Shown here in pieces: positions 36,271 through 46,499 of a stretch of DNA of 64,000 nt (positions are counted from its first letter, which is position 1; every line of letters starts with the position of its first letter). The notes beneath the pieces were generated by a model. That model ran no database searches and was not told where the DNA came from. It saw only the letters and a list, made by a program, of their open reading frames with translations. Origin of the DNA: Fibrobacterota bacterium (GTDB lineage Bacteria > Fibrobacterota > Fibrobacteria > UBA11236); assembly GCA_043753995.1 (NCBI GenBank), contig JAYUVP010000224.1, positions 185-64,184 on the forward strand. Reading direction: 5' to 3'. Position numbers and translations under genes: made by a program.

Positions 36271-37290
36271 CTACGTTGCTCGCCGCGCCAGCAAGCTTTT
36301 CCCTGGCGCGCTCAGAAATGCGTCGTGAAAGAATTGATCTTCGCGCAAGCCGATTTGCCGGCTCCAGCGCAAGGCCTCGCGCACAAAGCCGGGATTTCCA
36401 CAAGCATAAACATGAGCTTGGTTCCAGTTTATCGGCAATTCTGAAACCCAGCTTTGCCAGCCCAACGATTCCCCCCCGTCTGCTCTCCCTTTCCCCCCGC
36501 CAACCGAAAACAGCCCAGGGCGATAATCGAGATTCGCATGCTTTTCCGCCAACTCCTTAAGCCAAGCGTCACGGTACCAGCTAACCGCATTGGCGGCGCC
36601 ATGAAACAAATAAATGGGACCCACATGGCCCTGGCCCAAAGCATCACGCAAAAGACCTAACAAGGGAGCCAATCCAGTGCCCGCACCCAATAGCAGCAGC
36701 GGTCGCATCAGGTCTCCTGGGGCATAGTGGCAATCGCCGAACGGACCGCGAATCTGCCATCTTGCGCCAATCTCTAGTGAAGACGCCAAGGTCTCGCTCA
36801 TCGCCCCACCTGCAAGCAATCGTACATGCATTTCGATCTGGCCTTCACTCGGCAAAGATGCGAGCGAATAACAGCGCGTCAAACCATCAGGACGAATCAA
36901 GCTCACATATTGACCGGGCCGATAAACAAATACTTCTTGTTGCGATTCGCTGTCTACTCGCCAAGTCAAAGCCAAGATGTCGGCGGCAAGTTTTTCCTTG
37001 TGCATCAGGGTAACATCTATGTTAACCCCAGCGTCGGGCGCGTTCAAAACCAAATCGCGTGGTTCCCGGGCTTGGCAAGCCAAAAGCAATCCCCGCTTGC
37101 GCCATGTTTCTCGCAACCCCCGCTGTGCTTCCGGCGGAGCTTCGCCTTTCACGCATTGAACCAGGCAGGCATGACACGCCCCCGCGCGACAGGAAGACGC
37201 CACGGGTATACCTTGTCTTTCCAGGGCTTCTAGCAGGGACTCGCCCGCATCCCAAGTCAAAGGCTTTTCGCCCCAAAGCAAGGCTGGCAT
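36271..37290 (-). CDS. Oxidoreductase with N-terminal plant-type 2Fe-2S ferredoxin domain and FNR-like FAD/NAD(P)-binding domains
   Basis: Cys cluster SSCRAGACHACLVQC, the FAD-binding RCYSLAS motif and the NAD-binding LLLGAGTGLAPLLGLL. The arrangement is that of dioxygenase/hydroxylase reductase components. Confidence 0.7.
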   Translation of the reverse strand: MPALLWGEKPLTWDAGESLLEALERQGIPVASSCRAGACHACLVQCVKGEAPPEAQRGLRETWRKRGLLLACQAREPRDLVLNAPDAGVNIDVTLMHKEKLAADILALTWRVDSESQQEVFVYRPGQYVSLIRPDGLTRCYSLASLPSEGQIEMHVRLLAGGAMSETLASSLEIGARWQIRGPFGDCHYAPGDLMRPLLLLGAGTGLAPLLGLLRDALGQGHVGPIYLFHGAANAVSWYRDAWLKELAEKHANLDYRPGLFSVGGGKGRADGGESLGWQSWVSELPINWNQAHVYACGNPGFVREALRWSRQIGLREDQFFHDAFLSAPGKSLLARRAT

Positions 37291-37421
37291 AGGCTCAGCA
37301 AATTAGGCTTTTGGTTTGACCCGATCGAATTTCGGGGGTGGTTCCACCTCCCCCGACTTCGGCCCGCTATTTTTTTAGGCGCGGTCGGCCTCAGTCTCCC
37401 CTCCGGCGAGGAGGGATATGT

Positions 37422-37799
37422 TTACTGCAATTCGCTTAAAGCGAGAGCCACGCGCTTGCGCGTGATTTGCCAAGTGGCAAAGCCCCCATCGAGATAAAAA
37501 ACCTTGGAATAACCCTGCTCCAACAAGAATTGACAGGCTGCGGGGCTGCGCTTTCCGCGTTGGCAATAAATCAAAACCGTGCGCGACGGGGCCATGCGGC
37601 GCAAGGCTTCGGTGAAAGCGGGCGTATTCCATTCCGCACGCATGGAGCCGGGAATAAAACCTTCTTCGCGGGCTTCATTTTCGCCACGAATGTCCATCAG
37701 AATGAGATTGGGATGCTTCCGCTTGAAGTCACCGAGATCCGTCGCCTTAACGGGGCGCGGGGCGGACTTAAAAAGGACTTGCATCAGGTTGGCGAACAT
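37422..37799 (-). CDS. Rhodanese-like sulfurtransferase domain protein
   Basis: Single rhodanese domain with the active-site loop YCQRGKRS. Confidence 0.7.
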   Translation of the reverse strand: MFANLMQVLFKSAPRPVKATDLGDFKRKHPNLILMDIRGENEAREEGFIPGSMRAEWNTPAFTEALRRMAPSRTVLIYCQRGKRSPAACQFLLEQGYSKVFYLDGGFATWQITRKRVALALSELQ

Positions 37800-38066
37800 T
37801 GTTCATGGAAAATAACCCGGGCTAGGATTTCCACCCGGTGAATAAACAGTCAATAATGGGGTTTAATTTCCGGTTTTTAGCGATATCCAAAGCGTTTACT
37901 CAAATTTTCCCCATTGCATGGAATGCAAATAAGTGTGGGGTGGATTGAATTAGGGTTTTTCCTTAGTAAATGGTCCACCCCCAGGCCAATCGCTGCTTCA
38001 CCGTGAGGTATATTTGCTCTCCTGCCTATTTCCCGGCCTTGTCCGGGTTATAGACCAAGTTTTCGG

Positions 38067-38152
38067 GCGAAAGTGGCGGAATTGGCAGACGCACCAGACT
38101 TAGGATCTGGCCCGCCGGAAGGCGGATGGGGGTTCAAGTCCCCCCTTTCGCA
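38067..38152 (+). tRNA. tRNA-Leu (anticodon UAG)
   Basis: Cloverleaf: acceptor GCGAAAG/CTTTCGC, anticodon stem CCAGA/TCTGG with loop CTTAGGA (U33, anticodon TAG, G37), long variable arm CCCGCCGGAAGGCGGATG and T-arm GGGGGTTCAAGTCCCCC. Discriminator A, no encoded CCA. Confidence 0.85.
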
Positions 38153-38223
38153 GATCTTGAACCGTCTTGTTTTTTAGATGTCACCCTCGGAATCGAGTTC
38201 CGACCTAGCGAAGAGGTTTCCAC

Positions 38224-39459
38224 GTGAAAGCCACCCTGACCGAATCGAATACCACCGAGCGCGTGCTTGACATTGAAGTTGAGCGCGAACGCTTCGATCG
38301 GCTTTTCGACGAAAAGCTCAAGAAATACGGACGCGAAATTCGCCTCAATGGTTTTCGTCCTGGCCAGGTTCCCAAGGCCGTCATTGTCGCCAAATACGGT
38401 GAGCCCATCAAGGCCGAAACCCTCGATGCCATCATTGAAGAGGCCGTCAAAGAAGGCTGCAAGCAGCATGCGCTGGAGCCCATTGCTCCGGGACGGGTGG
38501 AAAAGCTCGAGAATGAAGCTGGCAAGCCCATTCTGGTGAAATGCGTCGTCGAGATCGATCCTCCGCTGCAAGTTTCGAATTACAAACTGAATATTCCCGT
38601 GCAAGCCAAGGTCGTCGCCGAAGCCGATCTCGAAGAGGCCTTACGCGGTCAAATGCGCCGCCACGCCAAGGAAATGCCGGTCGAACGCGCCGCCATTCTG
38701 GGCGATGTGGTGGCCAGCGAATACCTCAAGGTGGTGGTGGGTGGTGAAGAGCAACCCCTACCGCAAAATCCTTTTTTCCGGGTGGAATTAGGTACCTCGC
38801 GCGTTTCGCAAATGGACGAAGCCTTGATTGGCGCCACCAAGGGTGAAGAACGCGAAATCACGGTGACCTATCCCAATGATTTTGCCAATCCTGCCATGGC
38901 CGGCAAAGAAGTGCAATATGTCTTGCGCATCGACGGCGTGGCCACGCTTGAATTTCCAGCTTTGAACGACGAATACGCCAAATCTCTCGGCCTCGAAAGC
39001 GTCGAAGACTTGCGCAGCAAGCTCAAGGAAAGCTTGGAAAAGCAAGCTCTCGAAGAGGCCAAGGGTCAGGCCTATGACGAGGCGATTCGCCAATTGCTGG
39101 CCGCGCATCCGGTGGCCGTGCCCAAGGCTCGTATCGCCAATTACGTGAAGTATAAGCTTGAGGAAATGGGTCACAAGCATGAAGAAGGCGTGGAGCACGA
39201 TCACGATCACAGTGATATTGAGCGCGAAGGCGAAATGAATATTCGCCGCTTCCGCATTTTGGATGCGATTTCCAAGCAAGAAAACATCAAGCCGACCCAG
39301 GAAGAAGTCGACTCTCGCATTCGCGATTTGGCCGCTTCTTATGGCGCTGATTTCGAGACGGTCAAGGCTTCGCTGCGCAAGAGCGGTCGTATTCTCGACA
39401 TTCGCGAAGAGCTGAAAACCGAAAAGACCCTCGATTTTGTCATTGGCGGTCAAGCGTAG
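38224..39459 (+). CDS. tig: Trigger factor (ribosome-associated PPIase chaperone)
   Basis: GTG start. 411 aa with an N-terminal ribosome-binding region (GFRPGQVPKAVI) and upstream-of-clpP synteny. Confidence 0.85.
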   Translation: MKATLTESNTTERVLDIEVERERFDRLFDEKLKKYGREIRLNGFRPGQVPKAVIVAKYGEPIKAETLDAIIEEAVKEGCKQHALEPIAPGRVEKLENEAGKPILVKCVVEIDPPLQVSNYKLNIPVQAKVVAEADLEEALRGQMRRHAKEMPVERAAILGDVVASEYLKVVVGGEEQPLPQNPFFRVELGTSRVSQMDEALIGATKGEEREITVTYPNDFANPAMAGKEVQYVLRIDGVATLEFPALNDEYAKSLGLESVEDLRSKLKESLEKQALEEAKGQAYDEAIRQLLAAHPVAVPKARIANYVKYKLEEMGHKHEEGVEHDHDHSDIEREGEMNIRRFRILDAISKQENIKPTQEEVDSRIRDLAASYGADFETVKASLRKSGRILDIREELKTEKTLDFVIGGQA

Positions 39460-39626
39460 AGGATACCGGCCCGTGTTTTTCCGGGGCGTCGTCGCCCTTA
39501 AAGACGGCTACCTCCGGGTGATCGTCTTCACTAGGTTACACGGGCTTCCCTTTGGGCGTCCTATGGCGCTGAGTATATTGGGGAAAACGTTGCAGTCCCC
39601 TCATCCATGCAGGTAAGATCGATCCC

Positions 39627-40232
39627 ATGATTATCCCAACCGTTATCGAGACCACCGGCCGATCCGAAAGGGTCTACGACATTTACTCCCGCCTCCTCAA
39701 GGAGCGCATCATTTTTTTGGGTAGCGAAATTGGCGATGCTCTCGCCAATACCGTGGTCGCCCAAATGCTTTTCCTCGAATACGAGGATCCGGACAAGGAC
39801 ATCTTGCTCTATATCAACTCGCCGGGCGGGCTGGTGACGGCGGGCATGGCGATATACGACGTGATCAAATACGTGAAGCCCGATGTGCAAACCATATGCG
39901 TAGGCAGTTGCTTTTCCATGGGCGCCCTGCTTCTCGGAGCGGGCACCAAGGGCAAGCGCTATATCCTGCCGCATGGCAAGGTCATGCTGCATCAGCCAAG
40001 CGGTGGCGCCACGGGCCAAAGCTCCGATATTCAGATTCACGCGCGTGAAATCATCAAGACGAAAAAAGAGCTCAGTCACATTTTGGCCGAATGCACGGGC
40101 AAAACCGATGAGCAAATTGTGAGCGATACCGATCGCGACCTTTATATGAATGCCGAAGAGGCCGTGGCCTATGGCATCGTCGATGAGATTTTCCGTCCGG
40201 GCAATCGCAAGAAGAAATACCTAGCCAGCTAG
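39627..40232 (+). CDS. clpP: ATP-dependent Clp protease proteolytic subunit
   Basis: [22 protein letters not shown]...LYINSPGG...[13 protein letters not shown] places the catalytic Ser/His/Asp in a canonical ClpP. Confidence 0.9.
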   Translation: MIIPTVIETTGRSERVYDIYSRLLKERIIFLGSEIGDALANTVVAQMLFLEYEDPDKDILLYINSPGGLVTAGMAIYDVIKYVKPDVQTICVGSCFSMGALLLGAGTKGKRYILPHGKVMLHQPSGGATGQSSDIQIHAREIIKTKKELSHILAECTGKTDEQIVSDTDRDLYMNAEEAVAYGIVDEIFRPGNRKKKYLAS

Positions 40233-40275
40233 GCCTTGGCCAGAGCTCCATCCCTCCAGACGAAATCGGCAGAAT

Positions 40276-41535
40276 ATGGCACGCAATACCACCTCCTATG
40301 GCCCCATCCGCTGTTCATTCTGCGGTAAGAACGCCGATTTGGTGGAAAAAATCATCACCGGCCCTTCCGTTCATATCTGTAATGAATGTGTGGGCATGTG
40401 CAATGACATTCTGTCCGAGATCGGTCAAAAGGAAAAGGCCGAGGGCGCGGCGAAATCCGATGCCCTGCCGACTCCCAGCGAAATCAAAGGCCACCTCGAC
40501 AACCATATCATGGGCCAGGATTATGCCAAAATGGCCTTGTCGGTGGCAGTATACAATCACTATAAGCGCATCAATCAGCGCGACGGCGGTGACGGCGTCG
40601 AAATCGAGAAAAGCAATGTGCTTTTCCTGGGCCCAACGGGTTCGGGCAAAACCTTGCTGGCCCAAACCATAGCCAAGTATTTGAAAGTGCCCTTTACCAT
40701 AGTCGATGCCACCATCTTGACCGAGGCAGGCTATGTCGGTGAAGACGTTGAAAATATCATCGTGCGTCTTTTGCAAGCGGCAGACTACGATGTGGACTTG
40801 ACCCAGCGAGGCATCGTCTATATCGATGAAGTCGATAAGATTTCGCGCAAGAGCGCCAATCCAAGCATTACCCGCGACGTGTCTGGCGAAGGCGTGCAAC
40901 AAGGCTTATTGAAATTGCTCGAAGGCACCATGGCCGCCGTACCGCCCAAGGGCGGACGCAAGCATCCTGAGCAAAATCTCATTCAAATCAATACCAAGAA
41001 TATTCTCTTCATTTGCGGCGGCGCTTTCGAAGGACTCGATAAAATCGTCGAGAAGCGCTCGCGCGAAAGCGGCATGGGTTTCGGCGCTCCTATTCAGAGC
41101 AAGTCCGAACGTCGCCTGGGCGAGCTTTTACGCGCCTGCGAACCCGATGACCTGATTCAATTCGGCCTCATACCCGAATTGGTGGGGCGCATGCCCATTA
41201 TCGCCGCACTAGAAGAATTGTCGCGCGAGACCATGCTTCGCGTGCTCACCGAACCGCGCAATGCCATCACCAAGCAATACACCAAGCTTTTTGACATGGA
41301 TGGCATCACCATCAAATTTGCCCCAGAAGCCCTCGAAGCCGTGGTGGACCGGGCCGTCGAACGCAAAACCGGTGCTCGCGGTTTGCGATCGGTGATGGAA
41401 ACCGTGCTCCTGCCTCTTATGTATGCCTTACCGGGCCGTGGCGATGTGCAGGAATGCGTCATCACCCGAGAAGTGGTCGAGCGTGGTTCCGATCCCATGC
41501 TCATTTTGAAGAAAACCAAGAAGAAGCTGGCGTGA
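40276..41535 (+). CDS. clpX: ATP-dependent Clp protease ATP-binding subunit ClpX
   Basis: N-terminal C4 zinc finger (CSFCGK...CNEC), Walker A GPTGSGKT and Walker [10 protein letters not shown]. Confidence 0.9.
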   Translation: MARNTTSYGPIRCSFCGKNADLVEKIITGPSVHICNECVGMCNDILSEIGQKEKAEGAAKSDALPTPSEIKGHLDNHIMGQDYAKMALSVAVYNHYKRINQRDGGDGVEIEKSNVLFLGPTGSGKTLLAQTIAKYLKVPFTIVDATILTEAGYVGEDVENIIVRLLQAADYDVDLTQRGIVYIDEVDKISRKSANPSITRDVSGEGVQQGLLKLLEGTMAAVPPKGGRKHPEQNLIQINTKNILFICGGAFEGLDKIVEKRSRESGMGFGAPIQSKSERRLGELLRACEPDDLIQFGLIPELVGRMPIIAALEELSRETMLRVLTEPRNAITKQYTKLFDMDGITIKFAPEALEAVVDRAVERKTGARGLRSVMETVLLPLMYALPGRGDVQECVITREVVERGSDPMLILKKTKKKLA

Positions 41536-44144
41536 GCCGCAAGCCTTCCCGGCCCCGCTCCAAGTCCAAGGATGCTGGCCGGGCCTCCGAAACCCCATCC
41601 TCCGATCAAGCCGACACTGCCACTAAGGTCAAAGCCAAGGTCGAAATCAAGGCTGAGAGCATGGAAGCGGGTCGTGAGGCCTTAGCCGCTTTCGAAGCGG
41701 CCATTCAACTTCAATCCTTTCCTGCCGAAATCCCGCCCGCCCTAACGAATTTCGCTGAGATTTTGCGCGGCGGTTTGCCCACCATCCCCTTGCGCGATGT
41801 GGTTCTCTTTCCGGGTACGGTAACGCCTTTGCTACTGGGGCGTCCCCAAAGCCTTACGGCCATGATACAGGCCTTGGAAGGCCAGCACCAGCTCGCCTTT
41901 TTCACCTTGCAAAACCAGGCCAGCGAAGACGTGATGGGACCCGATACGGTAAAGGCCGTGGGAACCATAGGCCGCATTCTGTCTTCATCAGGATTGCCCA
42001 ATAACCTGAATAAAATTCTGGTTGAAGCCGTCGGTGTGGCCAAAGCCACGGGCTGGCGCCAAGACGGCCAAAATTTTTCGGCCGAATTGATTCCTTATGG
42101 CGTGATGGATTTGGACGAGCCTCAGCGCAGCCATTCCCTGGCGCAAACCAAAATCGCCTTCACCGACTATGTGGCGCAAAGCCCCGACTTGCCTCGCCAA
42201 GTGGTGGACATGCTCGATCAATTGGGCGGGCCCGATTTAATTCCCTTCGCCATGGCTGGCCATTTGCGAGTGCCCGTGCAACTCAAGCAAATGTTGCTTG
42301 AAGAAGAAAGCTTTAGCGGACGCATTCGCCTCTTACGCGAACTCTTACGCAATGAAATGGAAAGTGCTTCGCTCAGCCGCCGCCTCGAGCATGAAGTACG
42401 CGCCACCGTGGCGCAAAATCAAAAAGAATTTTTCCTCACCGAGCAATTGCGCAAGATTCAGCAAGAGCTTGGCACTTCGGCACCCGCCATCAATCCCGAG
42501 GTCAAGCGCCTCGAAGAGGATCTTAAGCAAAAAGCCATGCCTGCCAAGGTGCAGGAGCGGGCCCTTGCTGAGCTGAAGCGCCTGGAATATTTGCATCCCA
42601 GCTCGCCCGAATACAGCGTGGTGCGCACCTATGTGGATTGGTTTTTGCAATTGCCCTGGGGCCGCAAAACCGAGGACAAGCTCGACATCGCCCAAGTGCA
42701 GGCCCAGCTCGATCGGGATCATTTCGGCTTGAAGGACGTGAAGGAGCGCATCCTCGAGCATGTAGCCGTGTATCGCCTTTCCAAGCATCAGGCCACCCCG
42801 ATTTTGTGCTTGGCGGGACCTCCGGGCGTGGGCAAGACCTCCCTAGGTAAAAGCATCGCCACGGCCCTGGGCCGTGAATTCGTACGCATTGCCCTAGGCG
42901 GCATTCGCGATGAAGCCGAGATACGCGGCCATCGCCGTACCTATATCGGATCGATGCCTGGGCGCATCGTGCAAGGCCTCAAAAAAGCACAGTCCATGAA
43001 TCCCGTCATTTTGCTCGATGAAATCGACAAAATGGGTAGCGACTTTCGCGGCGATCCTGCGGCAGCCTTGCTTGAAGTTTTGGATCCTGAACAGAATCAC
43101 GAATTCATCGATCACTTCATGGAAGTGGGTATCGATCTCTCGCAAGCTTTCTTTATCACTACGGCCAATGTCGAAGAGGCAATTCCCTCGCCTTTGCATG
43201 ATCGACTCGAAGTGATACGCATTTCGGGCTATTATGACACCGAAAAAATGCGCATTGCCCGCGATCATCTTTTGCCCAAGGTTTGCGCCATCAGCGGCTT
43301 GGATCAAGCGCGTTTCGACCTCAGCCCGGCGGCTTTAGGTGATGTCGTGGCGCATTATACGCAAGAGGCGGGCGTGCGCCAATTGCAGCGGCAAATCGCC
43401 AAAATAGCCCGCAAGCGCGCGCGTGAAGTGGTCGAGGCCGTTCGCCCCCCCAAATCCTACAAGCCCATCGCCGTGGGGGAACTTGTCGGTTACCTGGGCA
43501 TACCCATTCAAAAAGAACGCAAGGTGCCCGCGAAGAATGGTCCGGGCGTAGTTACCGGCCTTGCTTGGACGCCGGTGGGTGGATCGATATTGCGCATCGA
43601 ATGCTCCCCGCTTTCGGGCAAGGGCAAGCTGACTTTGACGGGCAATCTCGGCGATGTCATGAAGGAGTCGGCGCAAATCGCGCTCACCCTCACGCGCGAG
43701 CGTGCTCGCCGTTACGGCATCGATCCGGAAATCTTTCACAAAACCGATTTGCATTTGCATGTGCCCGACGGCGCCATTCCCAAGGACGGCCCCTCCGCGG
43801 GCGTAGCCATGACGGTGGCCTTGCTTTCCGCGGCGACGCGCCGCCCCATCGATCCCAGCGTGGCCATGACGGGCGAGGTTTCCTTGGTCGGCAAGGTGCA
43901 TGCCATCGGCGGCCTCAAGGAAAAAGCGCTGGCGGCCTTACAGGCCGGCGTGAAAACCTTATTCGTCCCCGAAGAGAATAAGCCCGAAGTCTCGGAATTA
44001 CCTGCCGAAGCCCGCGAAGGCTTGCATATCGTCCTCATGAAGCATGTCGACGAAGTGCTGAAGGCGCTCTTGCCGGTGGAGATGGAAAAACCGGAGACGC
44101 GAAAGCGTTTGCAGGCGAGCAGCAAAACGAAAAAAAGACTTTAG
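41532..44144 (+). CDS. lon: ATP-dependent Lon protease (LonA)
   Basis: Lon N-domain ([21 protein letters not shown]), AAA+ module ([17 protein letters not shown]) and protease domain with the catalytic [15 protein letters not shown]...K. Start tentatively the GTG at 41532 overlapping the clpX stop. An internal ATG start is possible. Confidence 0.85.
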   Translation: MSRKPSRPRSKSKDAGRASETPSSDQADTATKVKAKVEIKAESMEAGREALAAFEAAIQLQSFPAEIPPALTNFAEILRGGLPTIPLRDVVLFPGTVTPLLLGRPQSLTAMIQALEGQHQLAFFTLQNQASEDVMGPDTVKAVGTIGRILSSSGLPNNLNKILVEAVGVAKATGWRQDGQNFSAELIPYGVMDLDEPQRSHSLAQTKIAFTDYVAQSPDLPRQVVDMLDQLGGPDLIPFAMAGHLRVPVQLKQMLLEEESFSGRIRLLRELLRNEMESASLSRRLEHEVRATVAQNQKEFFLTEQLRKIQQELGTSAPAINPEVKRLEEDLKQKAMPAKVQERALAELKRLEYLHPSSPEYSVVRTYVDWFLQLPWGRKTEDKLDIAQVQAQLDRDHFGLKDVKERILEHVAVYRLSKHQATPILCLAGPPGVGKTSLGKSIATALGREFVRIALGGIRDEAEIRGHRRTYIGSMPGRIVQGLKKAQSMNPVILLDEIDKMGSDFRGDPAAALLEVLDPEQNHEFIDHFMEVGIDLSQAFFITTANVEEAIPSPLHDRLEVIRISGYYDTEKMRIARDHLLPKVCAISGLDQARFDLSPAALGDVVAHYTQEAGVRQLQRQIAKIARKRAREVVEAVRPPKSYKPIAVGELVGYLGIPIQKERKVPAKNGPGVVTGLAWTPVGGSILRIECSPLSGKGKLTLTGNLGDVMKESAQIALTLTRERARRYGIDPEIFHKTDLHLHVPDGAIPKDGPSAGVAMTVALLSAATRRPIDPSVAMTGEVSLVGKVHAIGGLKEKALAALQAGVKTLFVPEENKPEVSELPAEAREGLHIVLMKHVDEVLKALLPVEMEKPETRKRLQASSKTKKRL

Positions 44145-44207
44145 GTCGAGCCCATGGGTTCGGTGACTTTTGATAGGAAATCGTTTTTGATTTAACTATG
44201 CCCTGTC

Positions 44208-44963
44208 ATGCCAACCGAATCTCCGAATGAAGCTGAGGCGGCCTCGCCTCCCTTAGTCGCCTCCCTGCGTGCTTCCCAGGCGGCCCTATTGGCACGCATC
44301 GAAGCTGCTTGCACAAGCGCTGGGCGGGCGCCTAAATCGGTGAATCTCATCTGGGTTAGCAAAACCCATCCGGTGGAAACCTTGTTGGCGGCTTGCGAAG
44401 CCGGAGCCGAAATTTTCGGCGAAAACCGCGTGCAGGAAGTGCTGGAAAAATTCCCCCTGCCGCCTTACCCAGACGGTCGGCCGCGCAATTATCGCTTGCA
44501 CCTCATTGGCAGTTTGCAGCGCAATAAAATCCGCAAGGTTCTGCCATTATGCGACACGATTCACAGCATTGACGGAGTCGAGTTGTGGCAAGCTTGCGAT
44601 CGCGTCGCCGGCGAACTGGATTTGCGGCGCGATGTCTTTCTGCAAATCAATACCTCACGCGAAGCGCAAAAAGGAGGTTTTGCCCCGGAGCAATTCCTGG
44701 CCATCTTGGCGGCCTTGCCTCCGGCTCCCAATTTGCGCCTGATCGGGCTCATGACCCTAGCCCCCATGAACGGCGATCTTGTCGCGGCCCGTGCCTGCTT
44801 CAAAGAATTACGACAAATCCTAGAAGTCGCGCGTAACATGCATGGAACTCGCTTTCCCCTGCTGAATCAGCTTTCCATGGGCATGAGCGGCGATTTCGAA
44901 ATCGCCATCGAAGAAGGCGCCACCCACATTCGCGTTGGCACAGCCCTATTCGGACATCGGTGA
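44208..44963 (+). CDS. yggS: YggS-family PLP-binding protein (PLP homeostasis)
   Basis: 251-aa alanine-racemase N-domain TIM-barrel fold. The PLP-Lys context WVSKTHPVE and HLIGSLQRNK are conserved in YggS/YlmE. Confidence 0.75.
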   Translation: MPTESPNEAEAASPPLVASLRASQAALLARIEAACTSAGRAPKSVNLIWVSKTHPVETLLAACEAGAEIFGENRVQEVLEKFPLPPYPDGRPRNYRLHLIGSLQRNKIRKVLPLCDTIHSIDGVELWQACDRVAGELDLRRDVFLQINTSREAQKGGFAPEQFLAILAALPPAPNLRLIGLMTLAPMNGDLVAARACFKELRQILEVARNMHGTRFPLLNQLSMGMSGDFEIAIEEGATHIRVGTALFGHR

Positions 44964-45039
44964 TACCTGTTACGATTGACCAATAGGCCATCCACTTTTT
45001 CCAGGCCAGGTCACACGCGTTAGCAGCTTCGTTGGACCC

Positions 45040-45340
45040 CCTGTAGTTTGCTTCGGAGCTCGCTCCACAGTTTCCCTGCGGGCGCTGTGGCTCAAGCCAC
45101 CAGCCCGGCATTGCCAACCCCAGAGTATATCCAACCTCACAGCTTCGCTAGATCCCCTGGAGATTGCATTGGAGATCGCTCCGCAGATTCTCTGTGCGCC
45201 CACCCCAGGAGATCGCTCCGCAGATTCTCTGTGCGCCCACCCCTGGAAATCGCTCCGCAGATCCCCTGTGCGCCCATCCCCGGAGATTGCGTTGGCGCTT
45301 CTTCGCAGCATTTCCCTGCGCGGCCCAGAGGGCACGCGGG
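45040..45340. repeat. Degenerate tandem array of a ~37-bp unit in the yggS-divIVA intergenic region
   Basis: GGAGATCGCTCCGCAGATTCTCTGTGCGCCCACCCCA occurs 2x perfectly, followed by GGAAATCGCTCCGCAGATCCCCTGTGCGCCCATCCCC. More diverged flanking copies are present (GGAGCTCGCTCCACAGTTTCCCTGCGGGCGC, GGAGATTGCGTTGGCGCTTCTTCGCAG...). Confidence 0.7.
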
Positions 45341-45561
45341 CCGCTTCCCTTCTCGCCCCCTTTGCAAGCAACCCCCTGGGGAACGCCACGCCAAGCGCGC
45401 GGTTCCGCCAGCCGGACGGGCGAGTTCCGCCTGAAAGGCGGGTGTCTGAGCCCGCCCGGCTGGCGGAACATCAGCTGCGTTTGGCGTGCTTAACCCAGGG
45501 GATCCAACAAAGGATCGCGACAGGGAAGACGACCCACCCCTCCCCAACTATTTTAAAAGCC

Positions 45562-46134
45562 ATGATCACTCCCCTCGACGTCAAGAAACATGAGTTTTCC
45601 GTGCGCTTGCGCGGTTATGACCAGGACGAAGTTCGCGCCCTGCTCGAAACCGTGGCCCGCGAGATGGAAGAATCGAATCGGCAAAACGTGGCGCTTTCTG
45701 AGCGTCTTAAGGTGGCCGAGGAACGCATCAATCACTATCGCTTGATTGAAAAAACCTTGCAGGACGCCGTGATCACCATGCAGAATACGCTCGAAGAAAA
45801 GCGTAAGCTCGCCGATCAAGAGGCCGATCTCATTGTGCAAGAAGCTCGTGCTCGGGCCCGTGATGAATTGCAAGGCAGCCGCGAGCAAGTCGCCGCCCTT
45901 CGGGCTGAGATTTATAGCCTCGAAAATCAAAAACAACAGTTTTTTATGCGCTTAAGGTCGATTTTGCGCACACAAAGTCAAATGCTTGAAGCCATGATGG
46001 AAGCGGAAGACCGGCAATTTCCGCCCGCTATGCCGCCAGCGGGAAGTGATATTCCGACCGAAACGCCCCGCACTCACGAGCCTGGGCCGCGTTATGCCGG
46101 ACCTCGCTATCGCGGTGACAATACCTTGGGGTAA
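45562..46134 (+). CDS. divIVA: DivIVA-domain cell-division protein
   Basis: MITPLDVKKHEFSVRLRGYDQDEVRALLE is the canonical DivIVA N-terminal lipid-binding/coiled-coil start. Coiled-coil follows. The long upstream ORF extension is an artefact running through the tandem repeats. Confidence 0.7.
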   Translation: MITPLDVKKHEFSVRLRGYDQDEVRALLETVAREMEESNRQNVALSERLKVAEERINHYRLIEKTLQDAVITMQNTLEEKRKLADQEADLIVQEARARARDELQGSREQVAALRAEIYSLENQKQQFFMRLRSILRTQSQMLEAMMEAEDRQFPPAMPPAGSDIPTETPRTHEPGPRYAGPRYRGDNTLG

Positions 46135-46337
46135 CCTGCATTATCCTCTCCCAATTTCATTGCGAGCTCAGCGTAGCGCTTGTTATATTGCGTTTCAACA
46201 AAGCGTTGTCAAGGTCAGCCGGCATCGCATGTGAGCGTAGTGAAATATCAGCCTTTTGCAATTAGCAAGCCGCGTTTGGTATAATCCTTTTGCTCACTCC
46301 TTTCGAGCGGCATTCCATTGATACGAGAAGGCATCCC

Positions 46338-46499
46338 ATGGCAGAGGCATTGAAAAGCAAAGGTTTCCGGTGGGTCAAGGTGTTGGGCATCCTCACCTTG
46401 ATAGGCATTCTCGTCGCCGTGGCGCGCATCGTACTTCGCGTTTTCCGAGAAGAAAAACTAGAACGTCGCGTCGGCCAAGACAGCGAAAGCGGCGTCTAA
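46338..46499 (+). CDS. Small single-pass membrane protein (hypothetical)
   Basis: 53 aa: MAEALKSKGFRWVKVLGILTLIGILVAVARIVLRVF..., with a GAGAAGG RBS. Confidence 0.3.
   Translation: MAEALKSKGFRWVKVLGILTLIGILVAVARIVLRVFREEKLERRVGQDSESGV

Noticed and set aside
41454-41531. Lon ORF start at ATG 41454 ([12 protein letters not shown]...)
   Set aside because: This segment lies inside the clpX C-terminal coding region in another frame, so it is unlikely to be translated as part of Lon.
45040-45340. Possible CRISPR array
   Set aside because: The repeats are directly abutting with no unique spacers, the unit is degenerate, and no cas genes are nearby.
45169-45561. 131-aa N-terminal extension of the DivIVA ORF
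   Set aside because: It is the translation of the 37-bp tandem repeats. The DivIVA domain starts at MITPLDVKKHEF.
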